From: Promethearchaeota archaeon
Lineage (GTDB): Archaea > Asgardarchaeota > Lokiarchaeia > Sigyniarchaeales > SOKP01
NCBI GenBank assembly: GCA_048941265.1
Contig: JBHLNT010000002.1
Coordinates: forward strand, 2,372 to 66,371
Direction: 5' to 3'
DNA: 64,000 nucleotides
In this document: piece by piece, positions 9,183 to 19,239 of the stretch
Position numbering within the stretch: position 1 is the stretch's first letter
How the letters are laid out: the number at the start of each line of letters is the position of its first letter
Position numbers and translations under genes: made by a program
The notes under the pieces: model-generated
Seen by the model: only the letters and a program-made list of their open reading frames with translations
Databases searched by the model: none
What the model was told of the DNA's origin: nothing

Positions 9183-10166
9183 TTAGATTAATAAATATTT
9201 ACCTTTTTTTAAATTTGCCAAAATTCTTTGTTTAACGTCTGAGATTTCAGGTTTAAATTCTTTACCTGTGATCTTGTGATAACTTCTCATGTATCTCTTC
9301 GCTAATTCTATTTTGATATTGTCAGAGATAGGTGGTATTTCTTGATTTGGTGATATATTTGGAAAAATATCGGGGTATGTGTCCATTAACCAACCTCTAA
9401 ATATTTCCTTGTCTAATATGTCTGGATCTTCTCCCTTATTAAATTTTTCTTCATATGTATCAGCAATCCAAAATCGTGAAGAATCTTGAGTATGTATCTC
9501 ATCAATTACCATTAACTCTCCATCTTTTTTTCCAAATTCATATTTGGTGTCAACTAAAATGAGTCCATTTTTTTTGCAATACTCTTGACCAAATTTGAAT
9601 AGCTTAATAGAAGCCTGTTCCATTGACTCATAAGTTTCTTTATCAATATATTTCTCTTTAATTAAAGTATCTTTAGGTAAATATATATCATGTCCAGACA
9701 CTGCTTTAGTAGAAGGTGTTACTACAATTTCTTCTAATTTTTGGTTTTTTTTTAATCCCTTAGGAAGATTTATTCCTGAAGTTGATTTTCCCTGTACATA
9801 ATTACGCCATGCAGACCCTGTAATATAAGATCTCACTATAAATTCAACTGGAATTGTCTCGCATTGATGAACCACAGCAACATTAGGATCAGGAATCTCA
9901 ATGATATGATTCCTCACGAGATTCTTAGTTTGTTCAAACCATAAAGCTGATATTTGATTAAGCATTTGTCCTTTAAATGGAATTGTAGTAATTACTCTAT
10001 CAAACGCAGATAACCTGTCAGTAGCAATTATAATTCTAATATCTTCTTGTATATAATTATCTCTTACTTTCCCTTTATATAAGGTTCCTAATGAAGGGAA
10101 ATTGGTTTCATTTAAAGATTTATCAAATTGTCTTTTAATTATATCGTCAATATTTTCTATTGTCAT
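9183..10166 (-). CDS. purC: phosphoribosylaminoimidazole-succinocarboxamide synthase (SAICAR synthase, long form)
   Basis: Motifs LYKGKVRDNY, TDRLSAFD and VDTKYEFG. Confidence 0.9.
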   Translation of the reverse strand: MTIENIDDIIKRQFDKSLNETNFPSLGTLYKGKVRDNYIQEDIRIIIATDRLSAFDRVITTIPFKGQMLNQISALWFEQTKNLVRNHIIEIPDPNVAVVHQCETIPVEFIVRSYITGSAWRNYVQGKSTSGINLPKGLKKNQKLEEIVVTPSTKAVSGHDIYLPKDTLIKEKYIDKETYESMEQASIKLFKFGQEYCKKNGLILVDTKYEFGKKDGELMVIDEIHTQDSSRFWIADTYEEKFNKGEDPDILDKEIFRGWLMDTYPDIFPNISPNQEIPPISDNIKIELAKRYMRSYHKITGKEFKPEISDVKQRILANLKKGKYLLI

Positions 10167-10274
10167 TTTTTATCGTATTGATTTCCTTTTAAATTGTAAA
10201 TCTTATTTTTTTTTTTAATTAAATCCTTTTTATTAATCTGAAAATAAAGATAATCATTCATTAATCAGATATTT

Positions 10275-10643
10275 TCATTTTTTATAATATTTCCCATCAT
10301 TAAATTCTTTAATTGAGTATTTTGCCTTGTTTATTTCCATTTTTTTAATAAACGCTTGAACCAAATCAATATCTAAAGAATTGGAAAGGCTGATCAAATA
10401 AATAAGTACATCTGCCATCTCGTTTGAAATCCTATTAATAAGATCTTCATTGTCTAGGATATCTTCCTTCTTCAATTCCTTAAATAAAAATATTTCTGAT
10501 AATTCTGCAGCTTCAATCTGAAGTGCTTGGATTAAATTTTGTGGTGTATGATATGAAGTCCATTCGCGATCTTCCACGAATTTTTTCACATCATTTTTTA
10601 AAAATGAGATGATTGTATTATTATCATTCCTATTAGTGCTCAT
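10275..10643 (-). CDS. MazG-like nucleotide pyrophosphohydrolase (dCTPase-like)
   Basis: All-alpha NTP-PPase signature: EAAELSEIF ... EMADVLIYL ... KMEINKAKY. Confidence 0.7.
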   Translation of the reverse strand: MSTNRNDNNTIISFLKNDVKKFVEDREWTSYHTPQNLIQALQIEAAELSEIFLFKELKKEDILDNEDLINRISNEMADVLIYLISLSNSLDIDLVQAFIKKMEINKAKYSIKEFNDGKYYKK

Positions 10644-10762
10644 GCTAATTTCACGATATTTCTGAGTATATAAATATATATTTTATACTCATTTGTGATC
10701 TTTAATAAGATTACGTATTAATTCGTTAATTACTATTCTTTTTAGCATGAAAATATAATAAT

Positions 10763-11182
10763 TTATTTCCGATCTTCAACTCTAATTTGCATGACGATAT
10801 TTCCCCACCCACCACACTCTAAACCCACGTCTGAACAGCCTGCGATATTAAATGGCATTTTATTTGGATCCTGATCTGCCCACATTAAGGTAACTGCATT
10901 TTGTACCAAATTTCCTGCCGCATTTAAAGCGGACATACAAACTCTTTTAGGACAGAGTTTTGTAAGTAAATTTCCGAATCCATTAAAATAAAATTTATCT
11001 CCAACTTTATGTTCACTATCACATCCGTGAGATTTAATTACTTCTACAATGATTGTCTTGTTTACTAAATCTGGGGCTTTCTTAAGAATTTCAATGTTTC
11101 TTGGATTTTCCAAAAAAGTTTTCATTTCGTCATCAGTAAATTCTAAACGAGCTTTAAGATTATTTAATTCTTCATCTGACAT
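10763..11182 (-). CDS. TIGR04076-like Cys-rich protein with N-terminal helical extension
   Basis: The pattern GC-x3-HKVGDKFYF ... LCP ... C-x-SAL ... GCSD resembles my recollection of the TIGR04076 family. Assigned from memory only. Confidence 0.4.
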   Translation of the reverse strand: MSDEELNNLKARLEFTDDEMKTFLENPRNIEILKKAPDLVNKTIIVEVIKSHGCDSEHKVGDKFYFNGFGNLLTKLCPKRVCMSALNAAGNLVQNAVTLMWADQDPNKMPFNIAGCSDVGLECGGWGNIVMQIRVEDRK

Positions 11183-11341
11183 TATAATTTCCTCTTATTA
11201 AATGTTAAAATTTCCTTATTTATTTTAATTCTTATTATTATTCGTATATTTATATTATTTTTGTTCTTAGAGAATTTTTTGAAGATAATTAAGCTAAAAA
11301 AGCTAATTAAAATTTAAATGTGAGACAGGTTAATTTATTAT

Positions 11342-12586
11342 TTATATATTATTTGTATCTAGTTTAGACATTGATGCAACTTCCTTATTGAAATGATCTA
11401 AAATTTCATAATAATTATTTAATCGTCTCCCGAAATTTTCAACAATTTTTCTTTCATCAGCATCTAAATAATCATAATAAGGGTTTATAACATCAATTCT
11501 TTTGATAAAATCTTCAATTATATGATAATATAACTTATTTGGTTTTAAAAGCATGTCTTTAATTCTTTGTTGAGAATTTATGATTTTTTTTTCTTCAAAA
11601 ATTTCTTTTGATTTCTCTACTTCAATTTCAATTCTTTCCCTAAATCTTGGTTTTTGATAATTTATTTTGCGGAATTCAAGTCCCCATACGTAATCTCCTC
11701 CCTTTTCTACAGCTTCTCTCTCCCTGTCAGTCATATCTTTTTCAAGTAATAAAAGAAATCCATATTTTTTCTCTAGATTGGTCAATAACTTTTTATCTAA
11801 AACATCGCGAATATAATTTAGTTCCTTTAAGACTTTATCCATATTTTTCTGAATTTTTTCAATTACTTTGTTAATTTTTTGATTCATAATGTTTGTTTCC
11901 ATATCATAACTCAAATCTACAATGATATGTTTAGATAAGGTTCCTCTTTTTGGGTTTTTTAATCTCAGAGCTGCTACTCCTAAAGAACCTGATTGTTTTT
12001 GACAATGGTCAAAAATTAAACCTACGGCAAAAGGATTTGAATTTTGGTATCCTAATTGAGTTATTCGATCGGTGTCGGAAAAAAAGAACCCAAATCCAGG
12101 ATGAGTATGCCACCAACCAATAATAAAATCGGTCTTCCCATCTTGAATGGATCTTTCATAGATCGATGCATCAATTTCGGATAAATCGACATAATGAATT
12201 GGCTCTAACTCTACTCCACTCCTTCCACCTACACAAACAGGGATTGCATCCTTAACTATAACAAAACTATTTTCTCTAATCTCACCTATTAATACCCCAT
12301 ATACTTCTTTCCATTCTTTACTTTCTAAATGATCATTTGCATATCTTATAGCATATCCAATCATTCTTTTATAAGCCTTATAAGTTAGATGAACTGGAGC
12401 AAAAGTAGGTATCCCAAGTTTATACTTAGTTATGGAAGGTTCTTTTATTGTACTTATTTTTTCATATAAATTTTCTACGTTAGTACTTTTATTAAAGACA
12501 TTATCCTCAATTGAACTTATTTTTCTTAGTATTTTGTCAGTATTACTAATTTTTCGCTCTTTCTCCTCCATTTCTTTTCCTGTCAT
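11342..12586 (-). CDS. JAMM/MPN+ metalloprotease-domain protein with long coiled-coil C-terminal extension
   Basis: Complete JAMM motif: upstream Glu (EVYGVLIGE) and HTHPGFGFFFSDTD (H-x-H-x7-S-x2-D). About 190 extra K/E-rich residues at the C-terminus. Confidence 0.75.
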   Translation of the reverse strand: MTGKEMEEKERKISNTDKILRKISSIEDNVFNKSTNVENLYEKISTIKEPSITKYKLGIPTFAPVHLTYKAYKRMIGYAIRYANDHLESKEWKEVYGVLIGEIRENSFVIVKDAIPVCVGGRSGVELEPIHYVDLSEIDASIYERSIQDGKTDFIIGWWHTHPGFGFFFSDTDRITQLGYQNSNPFAVGLIFDHCQKQSGSLGVAALRLKNPKRGTLSKHIIVDLSYDMETNIMNQKINKVIEKIQKNMDKVLKELNYIRDVLDKKLLTNLEKKYGFLLLLEKDMTDREREAVEKGGDYVWGLEFRKINYQKPRFRERIEIEVEKSKEIFEEKKIINSQQRIKDMLLKPNKLYYHIIEDFIKRIDVINPYYDYLDADERKIVENFGRRLNNYYEILDHFNKEVASMSKLDTNNI

Positions 12587-12764
12587 AAGGTCATTTGGTC
12601 ACTCGATAAACTTAGTTATTAGACTTTATTCAAAAACTTATACAAATAATAGAATTATTTATCTATAAATTTATGGTTATTCCATCAAAACTATGAAGAT
12701 TAATTGGATTCAAAAAATGGTTAAAATTCCAGATATCGCTGATAGTATGCTATTTAGATAATGA

Positions 12765-13592
12765 TTATTTAAGATCTCTTATAAAATTGCATATTAATTC
12801 GTTCACTACTTCTTTCCGTTGAGCAGGAGCAAAATGACCTGCCATATCAATGATTTCAAGCTTACTGTTAGGAATTTTTTTCTGTAATTCTTCCGACATT
12901 TGTTCAGGTGCGAAATTATCAAGTCTTCCACCAATAATAAGAGTAGGACATTTTATTCCGGAGGGATCGTATTCTTTTATCTCTGTAATCATTCTAAATA
13001 TTTGATCTTCAATTTTCATGTATAAATCATCTTTCGGCAAGTTTACATTATACACTGAATTGGATAACGCTGTAATGATGTATGGAATAGTTTTATCTAA
13101 GACATCTTCAACTGTATTCGCAACCACATCCAAAAAATTCATACGGATAAAATAAGGCAGCAAATTATAGAACATATTTCGAATTACATTATCAATCATT
13201 ATGTATCCGGAATTTAATAATATAAGGAACTTAATATCTTCGGGATGTTTCATGCAAATCAATTGTGCAATCATTCCTCCGACAAGCGAATGGCCTATTA
13301 TCCCATATTTTTCCTTTATTCCTAGAAATTTTAAAAGATCCTCTAAATCCCTAATAATCTCGTGTCTGATATTTTCTGTGATATTTATTTCTTTAGGGTG
13401 CTCGCTTTTGCCATGTCCTAAGGCGTCAAAAGCCACAATCCTATAGAAATTTTTTAATACTTTGATTTGTGATTTGAAGAAAGAAGCTGAAGATGCGAAG
13501 CCGTGAAGTAAAATAATTATTCCTTTATCAGAAGTGGGGTTTATATCTTCATAATATAGATTATAACCCTCTCGATTGGTAAAGTATGGCAT
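12765..13592 (-). CDS. alpha/beta-fold hydrolase
   Basis: HGF oxyanion region (ILLHGFASS), nucleophile elbow GHSLVGG, and a C-terminal GH (MAGHFAP). Confidence 0.8.
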   Translation of the reverse strand: MPYFTNREGYNLYYEDINPTSDKGIIILLHGFASSASFFKSQIKVLKNFYRIVAFDALGHGKSEHPKEINITENIRHEIIRDLEDLLKFLGIKEKYGIIGHSLVGGMIAQLICMKHPEDIKFLILLNSGYIMIDNVIRNMFYNLLPYFIRMNFLDVVANTVEDVLDKTIPYIITALSNSVYNVNLPKDDLYMKIEDQIFRMITEIKEYDPSGIKCPTLIIGGRLDNFAPEQMSEELQKKIPNSKLEIIDMAGHFAPAQRKEVVNELICNFIRDLK

Positions 13593-13849
13593 CTGTCAAC
13601 TTATTTATTCTTATTTGAACTATATCTTATTTTCATATAGTAAAAAATTTTATTCAAAAAATACTTTTCTAAATGGATATATTAAATTTTTAATAACAAT
13701 AAAAGGTAAAACTTTATCGATATTTTCAATATTGATTTAATTTTGCTCTTATTAAATGGAATAGTTATTATAAAAATATTCTTAATTGAGATCAAATTAT
13801 TCATGAACATTATGGGAGATTTATAATCTCCAATTTTTAGTAAGAAAAA

Positions 13850-14794
13850 ATGGTGAGAATAATGGACTATACAGTATTGGGGCGGACAGGGTTGAAAGTT
13901 AGTATAATGGGTGTAGGTTGTGGCGGTCCAAGTCGCGTAGGAAAGGGTACAGGAAAGAGTAAAGAAGAATCTGTTGCTCTCATCCGTCATGCACTGGATT
14001 CAGGAATTAATATTATTGATACAGCAGAATTATATCGAACTGAATCAATTGTCGGTGTAGCTATTAAAGGATATGATCGTGAGTCAATGATATTATCAAC
14101 AAAAAAGTCTGTATGGGGTAATTTAACCCCTAAAAGTATAGAAAGAAGTTTTGATAAAAGTCTAAAAAGCCTTAATACAGATTATATCGACATCTACCAT
14201 CTTCATGCCGTTATGCCAGAAGATTATGGAAAAATTATTTCAAAAACTATGCCAACACTTCAAAAACTAAGAGATGAGGGAAAAATTCGCTTTTTAGGAA
14301 TTACGGAAAGATTTGATGTTGATTCTCAACATGTTATGCTTCAAAAAGCTTTACAAGATGATTATTGGGATGTTATGATGGTTGGATTCAATATTTTAAA
14401 TCAATCTGCTCGCGAGCGAGTTTTTCCAGAGACCATCAAGAAAAAGATCGGAACATTAATAATGTTTCCAGTACGGCTAGCACTTAGTAGACCAGAACGT
14501 CTGAATCAGGTAATTGATGAATTAATAGAAAAAGGTGAACTTCTTCCTTCTGATATTGATAGGAAAAATCCTCTGGGTTTTCTTGTCCATAAAGGGGGTG
14601 CTATGAATTTAGTTGACGCCGCCTATCGTTTCTGCAAATATGAACCAGGAATCGACATAGTTCTTTCCGGAACAGGCGATATTGAACATTTAAGGTCAAA
14701 TATTGAATCGTTCTCAAGGGAGCCCCTTCCTAATGAAGATTTACTTAAACTGAAAAAAATATTTCATAATGTAGATTCGGTTTCTGGACAATAA
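13850..14794 (+). CDS. aldo/keto reductase
   Basis: MDYTVLGRTGLKVSIMGVGC..., DTAELYR and LGITERF are typical of the AKR family. The true start may be the second ATG at 13862, which is preceded by GGTGA. Confidence 0.85.
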   Translation: MVRIMDYTVLGRTGLKVSIMGVGCGGPSRVGKGTGKSKEESVALIRHALDSGINIIDTAELYRTESIVGVAIKGYDRESMILSTKKSVWGNLTPKSIERSFDKSLKSLNTDYIDIYHLHAVMPEDYGKIISKTMPTLQKLRDEGKIRFLGITERFDVDSQHVMLQKALQDDYWDVMMVGFNILNQSARERVFPETIKKKIGTLIMFPVRLALSRPERLNQVIDELIEKGELLPSDIDRKNPLGFLVHKGGAMNLVDAAYRFCKYEPGIDIVLSGTGDIEHLRSNIESFSREPLPNEDLLKLKKIFHNVDSVSGQ

Positions 14795-14819
14795 AAAATT
14801 AGATTTTATAAAAAAAAAT

Positions 14820-16286
14820 TTAAAGATCTTTAGTAATACGCTTTTTTTGATAAAGATCTAAAACTGTAGGCATGAATAATCTATTGAGTTTTTTATAAAC
14901 CTTTACATTTGCTTTATTAGGATTGAATTCTTTTTCAAATCTAACCATTTTTTCAATCCCATCATCTAAACTATTAAATTTCCTTAAACCATAATATCCT
15001 AAAATAGCAGCTCCTAGGGCCGAGCAATCTTTAACCTCGGGTATAAGAATTTTTTTATTCATAACGTCAGATAAAATTTGAGCCCACAAATCGCTATACA
15101 TGCCTCCGCCATCTGCTTTTATTTCTGTAGTTTTAATTCGTCCAACCGCTTCTATGAGTCCTAAATACATCTGAGCGCTTAATGCTGCGGATTCCATTAT
15201 AGACCGGATCATATGGGCTCTAGTATGATTCCATCCCAAACCATGGAATGTTCCCTTTCGAAACATTTGTAAGGGGATAAATAATAATCCTTCGCTGCCC
15301 GGTGTAATCTCTTCTGCTTCTTTGGTTAATATATTGTATACATTAACGTTTTTCTCCTCAGATTCTTTAGTTTGTAATTGAGAGAAATTATCTTTAAACC
15401 ATTTAAATGCAATTCCAGTTCCGGGCATAGCACCCTCAAGCATCCATTTTCCTCTTATAACATGAGGTAAGGGGAAGATAGGAATATCGCCAGGTGGAAG
15501 CTTCGCTGGTTCATTTCCCGTAACATAATTAACAAATGTATAAGTTCCCATGGTTACTTTAGCTTGACCTGGATTTATTATTCCCATCCCTAAGGCAGAA
15601 CATTGTTGATCCCCACCTCCTAATATAACAGGAAGATTAGTTTTTAATCCAAGTTCCCCAGCAGCTTCCCTTGATAATTCACCTAATATCTCTCCTGGTG
15701 TACGAATTTCTGGCCAAATATTAATTGGTAAATCATACTTTTCAGCAAGATTTGGATCCCAATCTAAAGTATTCGCATTCATAATTCCATACATTCCATT
15801 TGTAGGCTCTGTAATACATAGGTCTTTTCCGATTAAGTTCATGTAAATATACGTATCTGGAAAGATTATTTTATAAACCTGATTAAAAATATCCGGTTTT
15901 TCGTGTTTTAACCATAACATTTTAGGAATCGATAACCTTAATCCTTCTTCTGCTTGGAAATCCATTCCTCTTTCATCCATAGCTAACATGGCCGGATACA
16001 ACACTTCTCTATTCTTATCAATTATTGTCGCGTTTACTCGAAGAATTCCTCCTGTTATACCTATTATATCATCGATATTTACTTTTTTAGCAACTTGTTT
16101 ACAGGTATTCTTGGTAGCATTCCACCATATTTTAGGATCTTGTTCTGCAATTCCAAATGGTTGCTTAACAACGGGATATTCTTCATAAGCATTTGAAATT
16201 TCTCTCCCGTTAATGTCAAAAATAATCGTTCTTGACCCCGTTGTCCCAACATCAAACACAACCAATAATTCACTCATTTTAATCAC
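14820..16286 (-). CDS. FGGY-family carbohydrate kinase, paralogue B
   Basis: N-terminal FDVGTTGSRT phosphate-1 motif, GGGDQQCSALG, and ADGGG near the C-terminus. The ORF-track start is GTG; ATG at 16277 (MSELLVVFDVG) is an alternative. Confidence 0.85.
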   Translation of the reverse strand: MIKMSELLVVFDVGTTGSRTIIFDINGREISNAYEEYPVVKQPFGIAEQDPKIWWNATKNTCKQVAKKVNIDDIIGITGGILRVNATIIDKNREVLYPAMLAMDERGMDFQAEEGLRLSIPKMLWLKHEKPDIFNQVYKIIFPDTYIYMNLIGKDLCITEPTNGMYGIMNANTLDWDPNLAEKYDLPINIWPEIRTPGEILGELSREAAGELGLKTNLPVILGGGDQQCSALGMGIINPGQAKVTMGTYTFVNYVTGNEPAKLPPGDIPIFPLPHVIRGKWMLEGAMPGTGIAFKWFKDNFSQLQTKESEEKNVNVYNILTKEAEEITPGSEGLLFIPLQMFRKGTFHGLGWNHTRAHMIRSIMESAALSAQMYLGLIEAVGRIKTTEIKADGGGMYSDLWAQILSDVMNKKILIPEVKDCSALGAAILGYYGLRKFNSLDDGIEKMVRFEKEFNPNKANVKVYKKLNRLFMPTVLDLYQKKRITKDL

Positions 16287-16458
16287 GTAAATAAAGTTTA
16301 ACCTATTATGGATTCTAAATTAATAGAGATCAAATTATATGTTATTAATTATTACTTCAGCTATATCTCATATTTTAATCTTTTCTTTTTTGATTGTACT
16401 GATAAAATCTTATCTGTTCCAGTTTGCTTACTTAAAAAATTAGAATAAAAATAAGAAT

Positions 16459-17913
16459 TTAAAGATCTTTTGTTACACGCTTTTTTTCATATAAATCTAA
16501 TAATGCTGGCATAAATAGTCTATTAAGTTTTTTATAAATTTTTACATTATCCTTAAAGGGATTAAATTCTTTTTCGAATCTGACCATATTTTCTATTGCA
16601 TCATTAAAACTACTATATTTCTTGCATCCGTAAAAGCCTAAAATTGCAGCTCCCAATGCGGCTCCATCTTTATTTTCAGGAATTACTATTTTTTTGGATG
16701 TTATATCCGCAAGGATTTGAGCCCATAAATCGCTATTCATTGCACCTCCATCTGCCCTAAGCTCAGTAACTTTAGCACGGCCTATCGCTTCCAGCATTCC
16801 TAAATACATTTGTGCGCTTAATGCCGCAGATTCCATTATAGCACGTATCATATGTGCTCTAGTATGATTCCATCCTAGACCATGAATGGTTCCCTTTCTG
16901 AACATATATAAGGGGAGAAACAATAAACCTTCACTTCCAGGAGAGATGTCTTCGGCTTCTTTACTTAAAATATCATAAACATTTTGGTTTTTTTCTTCAC
17001 ATTCTTTAGTTTGTAATTGTGAGAAATTTTCTTTAAACCATTTCATTGCTGTTCCCGTCCCAGGCATGCCCCCCTCAAGTAACCATCTTCCCTTTATAAT
17101 ATGAGGTAAGGGAAAAATAGGAAAATCACCCGCTGGCTTAATTGGTTCATCACCTGTAATATAATCTACAAATACCCCTGTGCCTAAAGTAACTTTCGCT
17201 TGACCTTGATTAATTACGCCCATACCTAATGCAGCACATTGTTGATCCCCCCCTCCTAATATCACAGGAACGTTACTTTTTAATCCTAAATCATTGGCTG
17301 CTTCATTAGACAACTCGCCTACAATTTCACCGGGAGTTCGAATTTCAGGCCATAAATCTACTGGCAAATCAAAATTATTAGCAAGTTCTTCATCCCAATC
17401 CAAAGTATTCATATTCATAATTCCATATATCGCGTTAGTAGGTTGAGTAATACATATTTCATTTCCACATAATTTCATGTTTACATATGTATCCGGATAA
17501 ATTATTTTATAGATATTGGTAAACAAATCGGGTTTTTCGTTTTTTAGCCACAAAATCTTGGGAACCGATAACCTTAATCCTTCTTCTTCTTCGAAAGCCA
17601 TACCTCTACCATCCATCCATGTTAAAGCCGGATGTAAAGCATTTCCCTTTTTATCAATTATAGTCGCAGTTCCTCTATGAAGATCAGCACATATACCAAC
17701 AATATCATCTATATTTACCTTCTTGATAACTTTATTACAAGTATTCTTAATTGCATTCCACCAAATTATAGGATCTTGTTCTGAAATCCCAACCGGTTGA
17801 TCAACAGCTGGATACTCCTCATAAGCTCTTACAATTTCTTTTCCGTTAATATCAAAAATAACTGTTCTGGTTCCCGTTGTCCCACAATCAAACACACATA
17901 TTAGGTCGCTCAT
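16459..17913 (-). CDS. FGGY-family carbohydrate kinase, paralogue A
   Basis: FDCGTTGTRT, GGGDQQCAALG and ADGGA motifs. Highly similar to 14820-16286 along its whole length. The ORF-track start at 17961 is TTG; I prefer ATG 17913 (MSDLICVFDCG). Confidence 0.85.
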   Translation of the reverse strand: MSDLICVFDCGTTGTRTVIFDINGKEIVRAYEEYPAVDQPVGISEQDPIIWWNAIKNTCNKVIKKVNIDDIVGICADLHRGTATIIDKKGNALHPALTWMDGRGMAFEEEEGLRLSVPKILWLKNEKPDLFTNIYKIIYPDTYVNMKLCGNEICITQPTNAIYGIMNMNTLDWDEELANNFDLPVDLWPEIRTPGEIVGELSNEAANDLGLKSNVPVILGGGDQQCAALGMGVINQGQAKVTLGTGVFVDYITGDEPIKPAGDFPIFPLPHIIKGRWLLEGGMPGTGTAMKWFKENFSQLQTKECEEKNQNVYDILSKEAEDISPGSEGLLFLPLYMFRKGTIHGLGWNHTRAHMIRAIMESAALSAQMYLGMLEAIGRAKVTELRADGGAMNSDLWAQILADITSKKIVIPENKDGAALGAAILGFYGCKKYSSFNDAIENMVRFEKEFNPFKDNVKIYKKLNRLFMPALLDLYEKKRVTKDL

Positions 17914-17970
17914 CTTATCCACTTCAGAGAAATAATTTTTTCTTGGGTAGTTTAATTTCAATTTTAAAAA

Positions 17971-19239
17971 TTATAAAGCTTTAATTAATAATTCAGCGAT
18001 ATCTATTATTTTAATTTTTTCTTTATCATCTTCACTGACTCCATATGCTAAACCTAACTCACAGAGAGGGCATGCGGATACGATCACATTCGAACCTGTT
18101 TCTTTCAATTCATTAATACGATTCTTGGCTTCTTTGATCGCTAACGCTCTATCCGCCCAATGGGCTGTACCGCTCCAACCACAACAGTGAACATTATCTT
18201 TATTATAGATTGGTTCTGAAATTTCAAGATCTGGAACTTTACTCAAAATAGATCTTATTGATGAAATATCATTTAAGTTTCTTGATATAAGACAAGGATC
18301 ATGAATCGTTATATTGCTAAACTCACCGCTCATATTCTTTTCTAACTTAATCTTACCATCATCAACTAATTGCTTGATATACTCTACGATATGGATAATT
18401 TTTGTACCGATTTCTATTCCTGCTTTTTGGTACCTATTTGTTAAGGTAACAACACATCCAGGACAATCAGATACCACTACCTTAGCCCCAGTTTTCTCGA
18501 TAAGGTCCTTATTCTTATTTGCAAAATTTATACCAGTTTCTAAATCCCTTATATTAAATGCTGGGCCTCCACAGCATACCTTCTTTTCTAAATTTGTTGA
18601 GAACTTTACACCTGCTTTTTTCAAAATTTCAATATTTGCTTTTATAACCTCTGGAAATTTCATAGATTCACAACCAATATAATAATAAACTTCATCATTT
18701 CCATCAGTTTCTATATTTTCTATTCCTTTTTCCTTATAAGTCTCATAAATATTATGATCCTCTATGGTATTTGTCTTTTTTAATTTTTCAATTTGTTCCT
18801 TACAGTAATCTGGCATAAGACCTTTATCATTGAGATCATCCCGCACAGTCTCAAGCAAAGAAACTACAGAGAATTCAAAAGGACACCATACCTTGCAGGA
18901 TTCTTCATTTGAACACTTATACATCAAATCAATAAATGCTTTATTTTCCTCTTTTAAAGGATCTATTTTCCCTATTGTAAGATAATATCCAATTCTTGCT
19001 TTATAGGCAGGACTCATTGTTTCCTTCTGTTCAGCTTGAAGAGTTCCGCAATCAAAACGACACATATTAGGACACAGCATACAATTTACTAAATTTTTTA
19101 TATCCGCTTTGTATTCTCCTTCAGGAAAGAAATTTTTGTCCCGCATTCGAAAATTCTTCATAAAAAGTCTCTTAATGTCACGATCCATCGCGTCAATTAT
19201 TGGTCCCATCCATTTGTATTTCTTTAAAATTTCACCCAT
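17971..19239 (-). CDS. Fe-S oxidoreductase, GlcF / heterodisulfide-reductase-D-like (two CCG domains)
   Basis: N-terminal Cys clusters (CMLCPNMCRFDC, CSNEESCKVWCP). Two CCG-type motifs (VCCGGP, HCCGWSG) plus CPGC and CPLC. Its start abuts the stop of the flavoprotein gene. Confidence 0.75.
   Translation of the reverse strand: MGEILKKYKWMGPIIDAMDRDIKRLFMKNFRMRDKNFFPEGEYKADIKNLVNCMLCPNMCRFDCGTLQAEQKETMSPAYKARIGYYLTIGKIDPLKEENKAFIDLMYKCSNEESCKVWCPFEFSVVSLLETVRDDLNDKGLMPDYCKEQIEKLKKTNTIEDHNIYETYKEKGIENIETDGNDEVYYYIGCESMKFPEVIKANIEILKKAGVKFSTNLEKKVCCGGPAFNIRDLETGINFANKNKDLIEKTGAKVVVSDCPGCVVTLTNRYQKAGIEIGTKIIHIVEYIKQLVDDGKIKLEKNMSGEFSNITIHDPCLISRNLNDISSIRSILSKVPDLEISEPIYNKDNVHCCGWSGTAHWADRALAIKEAKNRINELKETGSNVIVSACPLCELGLAYGVSEDDKEKIKIIDIAELLIKAL

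Noticed and set aside
13682-13990. 102-aa minus-strand ORF spanning the intergenic region and the start of the aldo/keto reductase gene
   Set aside because: It overlaps the conserved AKR N-terminus on the opposite strand, and half of it is low-complexity intergenic sequence.
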